A stretch of DNA of 64,000 nt from assembly GCA_051362555.1 (NCBI GenBank), contig CM120640.1, positions 3,286,001 to 3,350,000 on the forward strand, written 5' to 3'. Of this stretch, positions 55,013 to 64,000 are shown piece after piece (within the stretch, counting starts at the first letter, position 1; the number at the start of each line of letters is the position of its first letter). The stretch is from Lingula anatina (lineage: Eukaryota; Animalia; Brachiopoda). The position numbers were made by a program, and so were the translations under genes. The notes beneath the pieces are model-generated. The model did not search any database and was not told the DNA's origin. It was given only the letters and a program-made list of their open reading frames with translations.

Positions 55013-56873
55013 GGAAAATTAAGGAACTTTATTAAATTGGTTGAGTTGTTCAGCTGCAGTAGAATGTGCATGAACATTTTGGGGTTTTGAAAGAAGGAAT
55101 GGAGTTTCAATAGCATAAGTTAGTAAAAAAATTGGAAAATTGTTGCCTTATCAGCTCGCTACAAACTGATCATCAGCCTCTTTGACAGCTGTAGTAAAAT
55201 GTAGTAAAAATAATGTTACAGTTTGTTTGTGTTACAGAAGTTATAGTGCACTTGTTGAAATCATTGAACTTCCTGTATTGCATGCATGTTTCCTGTTCTG
55301 AAGCGAATGACTGATTTGCTCTTTTAATTCAATGATTAACAGTAATAAGATACAGTCAAAGAAGAACTACAGACAGTTATGTGTCATTTAAATGATTTTT
55401 AAGATCCAAAGAAATCAAGTTTTCATACAATTTGTAACAGTTACTTTGAAATAAAAGTATATTTCAACACTTTGTGAATAACTTTTATTGTTCAGTAATT
55501 CAGATACAGAGTGTACAAACAATGTTTGAATTTGATCATTTAGAGTACTAGTTCATGAGCATCCGATTGCTTTTCAAATTCCACTTTTTCAGTATTTATG
55601 CCCTTGGAACAATCGGGCACCAGTTAAAATCTCCATCTGTTATCACCTTTGATTTGAAAGTTTATAACGCTTATTCTTGATAATACAAAAGATCACAGGT
55701 ATTAACTTGACTGACATCTTCAGTAAGACATTCCAATTACATTGCCATCATTTATAAGAACATAAAACTGAACCTGGATATCAATGTTTCCAATTGCAAG
55801 TATATCTACTTTTTTCCAAAAAGAATAGTAAAAGATAAATAAAAAAAGATTCACACTACTGCTGTGACCATTTTTACAAAAATATGTACAGCAAATGTAA
55901 TTTATTTTACAAAAATATCAACAAAAGCCTATTAGAGGGAGCATTAACACCCTATATATATCATCTAAGAATATTTACAGTTGAACCTAAGCAGCAATTT
56001 TTAAGCTTAGAAAAATGTATGCATACAGTAAGTAATCCATTGTTAGTCAGCAAATTACTTGTTTTGTGTGTTCAATATTACATGAACAATGAACGTATAC
56101 ACATATTAGTCCTCTGGGAGTGTACCAATGTTAACATTTTCCATGTTCTTCACAACCTTGCAATTATGCACTGTGTATTATACCTTCTTGAAAAAAAGAT
56201 CAGACAAACTGACAGCACTAAAATGGAACTTTGTATTAATAATTACTTGAAAATTTCATTTTTTATTTTTGGAACTTTCAATTAACTGCCAAAACATTTT
56301 AATGAACCCTACTGTTTATGAAGCAACACTGACAGAACATTTATATAAAGAAATATTGCACTTAACAATTTTTTTTTTGGTTAATATCAACAAGGTCCAT
56401 TTTACAGATTGATAAAAAGAAGCAGCATTAATGGTGCTGTGTAAAATTATAAACAAAATCGACCTTCTTTCTGTAAATGTGATTACATGTACAAATATTT
56501 AACAGCTGGAAAGACTGCCCTTCGTCGATCATACAGTAGTCCCTCAGGTCACTAAATGTCTAAATTGTCACTAACATTAAATGCTACATTGTTCTGTATC
56601 AAAAATGGGTGTTTTAACGTTTCACCACTTTTGGCAGCATTCACTCCTCCGAAGAAACACTGGCAAATGAAGGATATGGCTAACATTTCACAGTACTTGT
56701 GTCTGAGCAGATCTAGAAGTAATTTAAACTGTATGTGGAGAAGCACCTTTGTTACATCTAGGTTCAGGATGACTACATTAAGTTGTAGTTCTGTTTGGCT
56801 TCAATAGAGAACATGTCAGTGAAAATATCACTACAACAAAGCCTGGAATGTTCCGTCAGCTGTCTGTGTTCTA

Positions 56874-59800
56874 CTATACCACCAGGTTGTTTCCACCAGA
56901 GTCGGTAGTGGAACCGGTGCGAATCTCCAGTCGAGAATCTGGAAGAATGATCAATATTTCAATTTTAATTTTTAAAAAAATTCAAATCTAGCTTTTCAAA
57001 AAATCAAATGATCATTATCAACTCATGTCAATTTGCAGGATAATATACAGCATATTTCATATTTCAACTCCTGTTTCATGTTTTAGTGCATTTAAGTTAT
57101 TTTCATAAGTATTTTAGAAACAAAAAACCAATTGGGGGGGGGGGGGAAGTAAAGGTTGCTGACTAAGTACCCACAATACAGATGTGTTCGTAGTGAAGTT
57201 TCAAAATCAATTGTCATAGTGGGTTTTACACAAAGCCTACTCACATAGGACTCAATATGTTGAGACGCATTCATTTAATTAAACAAAAAAATTGACTGGT
57301 GATGAGGCTATTGTTCATAAACAAATCCCTAGCATTCAAAAACCAGATAATTTGAGCTAAGAAGGAGCTGATTTTTTTCCTAACCATCTCCAAACGCTGG
57401 CACAGCATCGTCCTCCTCAGTGCGCTGTGCAGTATTGATGGCTGGCCCAGAGTCCAACATGGGGTCATCATCATCATCTTCATCAGGGGAATCCAGCAGA
57501 CGGTCTGCCTGCTCGTTAGCTCGCAGCAGACGATATGCATTCTGATTCAGAACAAATTTCCTGAAACATCATTGAGTGTTCGATGTAAGTATGTATTTTA
57601 CTAACACACTGATGGTTTATTATCAGCCTTCTTTATTATGAATTACTGAATTACATCATTTCTTATCAATCATTTTAATTAAAAATAATCAGATATACTT
57701 AAAAAATGCCTATTTATATTTTTGACATATCTATTTTAACTAACTTCCTGTAGTATATGACAATCAATCCCATGACAAGAACTGTTATCACTGCAACAGG
57801 GACAGCAACAAAGACTGGAACCAGGTTCCTCTTGTGTGAGCTTCCCCCTGGTGTACTGTCTGAAAATTATAAGGAAGTGTATTGTTCATTACTTTCTGTT
57901 TGTGCTGAGATCACTGAAATAAAGTATGTAAACCCAAATCTGTAACAGTAAATAATGGTGTCAATAACAATTTGGTTTTATCCAGCTTTATTGACAATAT
58001 TTTTCATGACCTATAAATCATGCACCTTTTTTGAGTTTTATCTACAAAATGTATATGAACCAGTATCAACCATTCTTTGTTTTTAAGAAAATACAACACC
58101 AACCTTTGACAATGACAGCTTTTGTAGGTGTAACAGTATCAATGCTCCCCAGAGGAATGGACAGATTATGTGCAGCAACAGCATCTATTAACTTTTGAGC
58201 AACCTGAAATCAGGAAGTGAGAGTACACCTGCTGCTATAAATGAATAATTCAAACTAAAATTTTTATAAAAATACTGCAAGCATATAAATTGCTATAATG
58301 ATTTTAAAAACATTTCAAAATATTTCAAAGATGAAATCATTTCTACCTGTGTGGCTGTTATCTTGTTTTTGTTCACAGTTGGTGGAAGTATCACAACATC
58401 TACTCTCAGTGGCTCCTTTAGTAGCATAGCAGCTTGAATCTCACCCACTTCTGTTCCCAATATCTGGAATTACATTATAAGTTTTTAGTTGATTTGGAGA
58501 GGGGACACCTCAATTTATGCTTTAAGTTAGAATAACATTATAAACAAGTGCAAATAAATCATTTAGTATGCAGGAATGTGAACAGTTTTTAATTAATTCT
58601 GCTTCATGAAAGTTCAAATGGTTTATTTTACTAAATATTATCTTAAAATTGAAAATGAGATGCTAATACCATAGCAATGAAAAACTTACCTTCTTTTCAC
58701 TTATTTCTTTAACTACAGCCTTTTCAAAGCTTCTCCTGAAGATAATCCTGTTGATGAGAAGAGATGGTGGAACTTCCAGTGGTAGATTCTCAAACCAAAG
58801 CTGAACTACTACCAGTTCACCTGAAATAAGTTCATAAAATTGTTGCTACCAACACAATGTGTAAGGATATCATGACACGCTCATCACCATAGCACATTTT
58901 AAGACTGTAACATCTTGCACACTCAACACTGTCACAACTAACACATTCAACAAATGCCACCACTGTCAGTCTGCTACACTACTTGTTACAATCTTACACC
59001 TATCATAATTTTAACGCTATGCAGACCTGTTGCAATATTCATTGTTCTGAACATCAAACATTTAACAACATATAAGATCTCTATCAAATTATTAATGAAA
59101 ATATGACTGCCAAATTTTGAAATTTCAATATAAAAGAAAAAAATCTCACCATACACTCTCACAGTCAGAGCCTTGTGATATGAGCTGACAGCATTCACTG
59201 CAGTCACGTGTACAGTGTAGTTGCCTGGCTCACTGTATTTGAAAGAGACAGTACCATTCCATGAGAGGGTTGGGGTTTCCTAGAAGAAACAAATGCATCT
59301 TCAATTCATTATCTAAAACTTGGTAACTAAACACTACTTATAATGTTTTGCTTATAATTAGCTACACTGATAAAACTGCTTCTCCACACACTAAAATAAA
59401 ACAGTACAGTCTGTCATAGATTTACTGAACTCAGTCTGTGCTCAATATTCTTATATCTTATTGTCTTCTAATACTATGCAGGATGGACCAACCTGATGTG
59501 AAAACTGCCAAATGAAATGTGTTTGCTTCAAATCCTGTGTATTCCCATTATCAAGACCAAAGACGGGGATGGCAGTGAAAACAGAGGGTTCATTCTGCAG
59601 TGCTCCTCGAGGAAGTTCCACTTCCAAGTCCACTATGCGATCTAATGGGGAAAAATCAAGTAATGAAGCGATTCCACAAAAATGGGGGAAAATCATGCTG
59701 CTGGGAAGCAAAGTAGTTGAAAAGGCAGGGATAGAAACACGTGCAAACTACCACCAAGTGATCTTATCATAAAGACAGTATGGACTGACAGGTTTTTTTT

Positions 59801-60765
59801 AAAAGAAATGCTGAAAGGCTGAACAACAGAGCATATCCCATCATTTTCATACCTTCTACAGTCAATGGCAGTGCTACAGAAGCCTGTCCCTTCTCATTGG
59901 TTGCCTGGACTGTCACATGATATGTTCCCGCCTTCAGAAACTGATGTGTGAACTTCATGACACCAGGAGTAGTGTCATTCCATTGCATGCTCTGCTGATG
60001 ACCATCCCCAAATGTGCAGTTATAATGGGTGGTAGTTTTGCTGCCCTAATGACAGGTAAAAATGTGACATATCATACAAGACATACTGAGTTACACCTGT
60101 AAAATGCGATCAAATTGATAACGGATACATATTTCAAGTTTGAGCATTGAGAGGAACATGACCATTTAGAGCACCTTGTTTTTCATATTTTTTTAAACGT
60201 GAAATTTTAATTGTCATTTACCATTCTTTTTCATATAACATTTTGTTTTATAAATTTTTATTTTGTCACTGTGCTACGAATACTTTACTTTTCAAATTGT
60301 TTAGTATATAAATAAATATATATTTAACAGTGTACTTACCTTTCCCTGTCTGAAGTAGAAGGTAACATTGGTTCCAGTGGTGGTGGCTCCAGTGGTTGCC
60401 GAGGACTCCAGTCTCATGTCCCCAGGGGGCAGCACAGGGCAGTCAGTCATGGTCGGCTTGTACTTCTTATCATCTTCTACACCTCCTTTACACTTGTCTG
60501 CGGCAACTTTACGATATCTGGGAAAGAATGAGATTGATGTTTACACTATACCCAGTTTACTATTTCAGTTTTAATATCATGTGTTTCAATTTCCGAAAAA
60601 CATCTTTGGCAAAAACATTTTTTGGGAAAATAAATAAATATCAAAATTGAATGTCTTAGCAAAGATGGGTCACCTATCCAGTTAATTACTTTTACATCAA
60701 AAAATCCACCATCATGTGTGGAATATAATCACTTGACATTGTATCAAATTTCTCTATATTCCATT

Positions 60766-60839
<74 letters not shown>

Positions 60840-60851
60840 GAATATAGAGAA

Positions 60852-60929
<78 letters not shown>

Positions 60930-63319
60930 GAATATAGAGAAATTTATATATATATATATATTCACCCTGAAGACTTGCTATACTTGGTGCCCACTGGGCA
61001 GTCTTCCACTGGGCTCTGGTCATACCAGGCAGCTACCACACATTGACCAGCCTGGTTCTCATATCCATAATCACTGTAATACAACCACATTACATGGCTT
61101 ATAATATGTTATATAGCCGCATTCAGAACAGTGGACTAACTAGTCCAAGGGTCAAATATGACGACCCACTAACACATGACAAGTGAATAAATAATAAGTG
61201 ATTGATTGATGAAAACCGTAATAACAGACAGTGGCATGGTACAGAGACGAGAATGTGTATTCACCAAGAAAACTTGATAGGTACCAGTACTGCATATTTC
61301 ATGTTTGTGGCTTTTATTCAACACCTGTTGCATTTTATTTCAATATTCTTATATTAAAAGTTCTTACCATTCAAAGTCTTCTACTGTACACGTGCACACA
61401 GAACTGTTGATGGGGCGTTCATAGTCCTGGCCATTATAACAGTCTGCATTCTGCTTCCGCCGCTGATACACTGCACGCTCTCCAAGTGTGCATGCATGCT
61501 GGGAAATGTGAATGTCGTATCAAACAGTATTCAAATGTCAACTGGCAGTCTCTTCCACAACAATATACTATTTAACCATGCTATATACATGTATATACAT
61601 CAACACTGACCTCTGATGTTTAAGCCATTTTTATTCTTTTAAGAAAAAAAACACTAGATATTTTACTAGTTTTAACAACTCACTTCTCCCCCTGGATTCC
61701 AGTGTTCATAATTCTTGTCTGTACACTTTCCAGAGAAGGCACCAGTTAAATTAAACTGAATCACAACCCAGCCATAGTCCCCTGTCTGATGGTGACCATA
61801 GGCACTGAAAATATTGAAGGGGTGATGATCTTTAGTTATTTTAATGGCGCTTTCATTAATAATCATATCAAGATGTCTGCTTAAGACTGTACTGTCAACA
61901 TCTACTAGGATTCTATTAAACCTAAAGAAGAGAATATACCAATATGCTGATACAAACCAACAAAGTCATGAATGTGGTAAACACAGCATTAAAACAACAC
62001 ACATTTGGGCTTAAGACATTTTTATTCCTACAAGGGCTTAAGACATTTTTTTTCCTACAACATCCCAACTGTAGCTATGACAACAAGCTGAACACTCTGC
62101 TACCATGACAACACACCAGGTCACTATCACCATAGCAACCTACCTGCTGACTAATGTGGTAATGCCAGGTTCATTGAGGAGACCATCTATCATCAGAGAT
62201 ACATTTAATGTAACTGGCTTCCATGTGCCCCCTACATCTGTGCTGTACCTAGATAATTCAAATAGACATTGACCACAATATAACCAAATGAAACTTTATG
62301 TTTCCTCATTAATAGCATATTCACAAAAATTGCATTCATATTTTCATTTTCATTTTCATATGTTACAGTGAGATAAACTAAACTAAACTAAACTTAAATA
62401 TTAACCCAAGCCAAAGGATGAGTAAATGACAAACACAGATAAATAGTGTTCGAAATTTGGCCAGTAGCGGCTGCTTTTATTGAAAGGTCCCTCTATTAAA
62501 GAATGGTGTTAGATATTATATAGCATTAAATAATGTTAATTAGTTAAAATTACGTAATGTTATCTCTTAAAAATAAATATCAAAACAAATAGTGCAAATA
62601 TTTTCATTTGTGGGGTTGCACCATAGTTTAACATAGATGTAGACAAAATTTACCTAGAGCTTAAAGCATTATCAAAGCCAAATGCAACACGAGGAAATAT
62701 TTTATGTGATCACAGGTTATGGTAATGCGTTGTGAAGAGATATTCCAGGTCATACGTACAATGCAAATCAATTATAACAAAAAGCTGTTGGGTATGCTAC
62801 ACAAACTTGTATTCTGCTTTAAAGAAGATTCTGATCATTGGATTAATGACTGTTGATTATTCTGTTCTACTTACTGTATATGTCTGGTGTAAACTCCAGG
62901 TTGCACTGCCATCAGTGCCCCTCCCTGGTCCAATATGTTGAACTGATAGTTCCCATTGAGTAACTGAAACAACACAACAGTGTATACTGACTCTTTGCAA
63001 AAGAGAACAGATACCTAAAGTGTTCTTTTATTCTATATAAGAGGATGCAGTAACACAGTGTACAACTTGACATGTGACATTTGAAAATATGTGTTGAATA
63101 TGTGTACTAGTACACATGTGGTTCCTTTAAGTATCCATGACCCTTCCTTGCATTAATCAATTGTGACAAATGCTACACAAACCATGTTTTAAATGCTCCA
63201 ATTTACTTGCAGTTGTTAGAAAATTGAATATCCACTAACCTTAGTCCATGTGTGCCCCCCATCTCTACTGATGTAAGAGTTGGATTTGGACTGCATGTTC
63301 AGATAACCATCTTCATTAC
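56874..63319 (-). CDS. SORCS: VPS10 domain-containing receptor, SorCS-like (3' portion; 5' exons lie beyond the window end)
   Basis: Exons 63240-63319 ([13 protein letters not shown] repeat), 62875-62963 (ILDQGG), 62144-62248 ([13 protein letters not shown]), 61684-61804, 61368-61498 ([24 protein letters not shown], 10CC module), 60966-61073 (DYGY), 60340-60517 (YRKV..DKCKGG), PKD-like exons 59853-60045, 59493-59641 and 59150-59279, then 58690-58820, 58347-58463, 58104-58203, TM exon 57745-57859, acidic tail 57385-57560 and 56874-56938. PKD domains after 10CC indicate SorCS rather than sortilin or SorLA. Confidence 0.9.
60768..60960. repeat. (CA)n and (TA)n microsatellites with a duplicated tggaatatagagaaattt spacer
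   Basis: Seen directly. Confidence 0.95.
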
Positions 63320-64000
63320 CTGCAAACAAAGCACCAAAACTTACTATTTTACAATATAGTCAACAAAAAGATTCAAATATTTAGGTCATAAACACATGCG
63401 TTGACTTCTTGAATGGAGAAACCTTTCAGGGTGATCGTGGGCAAGGGGAGTGGCCAAAAGTTCTTGTAACAAGCTTTCACAATTTCTAATCACAAGCATC
63501 AGTGTAAATACATGTCATAACCATATGACAGTCAAGTTTTCAGGGACTCTAAATTGTTTCTTTTTATCTCTGAATCTTCCCCATAACATACTTGTGCACT
63601 TATCCAAAATAACATACACAAGTTTTCCATAAATATTGGTACCTACCCAAGCCAATAATAATTCCAGGTGCATTTTTCTTGCTAAAGATGCCTTGAGGAA
63701 TAGAATATTTGAAAGAACTGTACATCATGTGCAGGTTCAAGGAACAGTCAGGCTGCAAAGTAAAACAGACAGGGGACTATTAAAAAAAAAGCAAAATACT
63801 AAAATGAAACAAGTTTTTTGCTTTTTAAAGACAAAAGGGTGACAACAAAAATTTTATCTCAGACAATACAGAGGCACATTTGTGAAATAGCAAATTACAA
63901 GTTTTGAAAGTGTTGTACTAACTGTACATATAAGTAAACTTTTCCCTCTATCTTCCACGAAATTTCTAGACATTAAATTTTTAATATTATGTAATTATTG

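Overview
AT-rich, intron-rich eukaryotic genomic DNA (metazoan; an invertebrate such as a lophotrochozoan is an inference only). The ORF track is mostly noise, so genes were rebuilt by hand from GT-AG exon chains. In order: 5' end of KGD4/MRPS36 (-); a ~25 kb PCSK5/furin-2-like proprotein convertase (+) with an intact D/H/N/S catalytic set, a P-domain, a long Cys-rich region and two alternative transmembrane terminal exons (one with a Thr-rich mucin stalk); IDH3A (-); a spliced DDE/rve integrase (Ginger/KRBA2-like, +) head-to-head with IDH3A; TMEM120 (+); spinster/SPNS (-); a C2H2 zinc-finger gene (+) with a GC-AG intron; and the 3' half of a SorCS-like VPS10 receptor (-). Also present: hairpin MITEs (one nested), a LINE remnant, minisatellites and microsatellites. 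Most notable: the duplicated terminal exons of the convertase, the intron-containing integrase, and an 83-bp array that multiplies an IDH3A splice acceptor fourfold.
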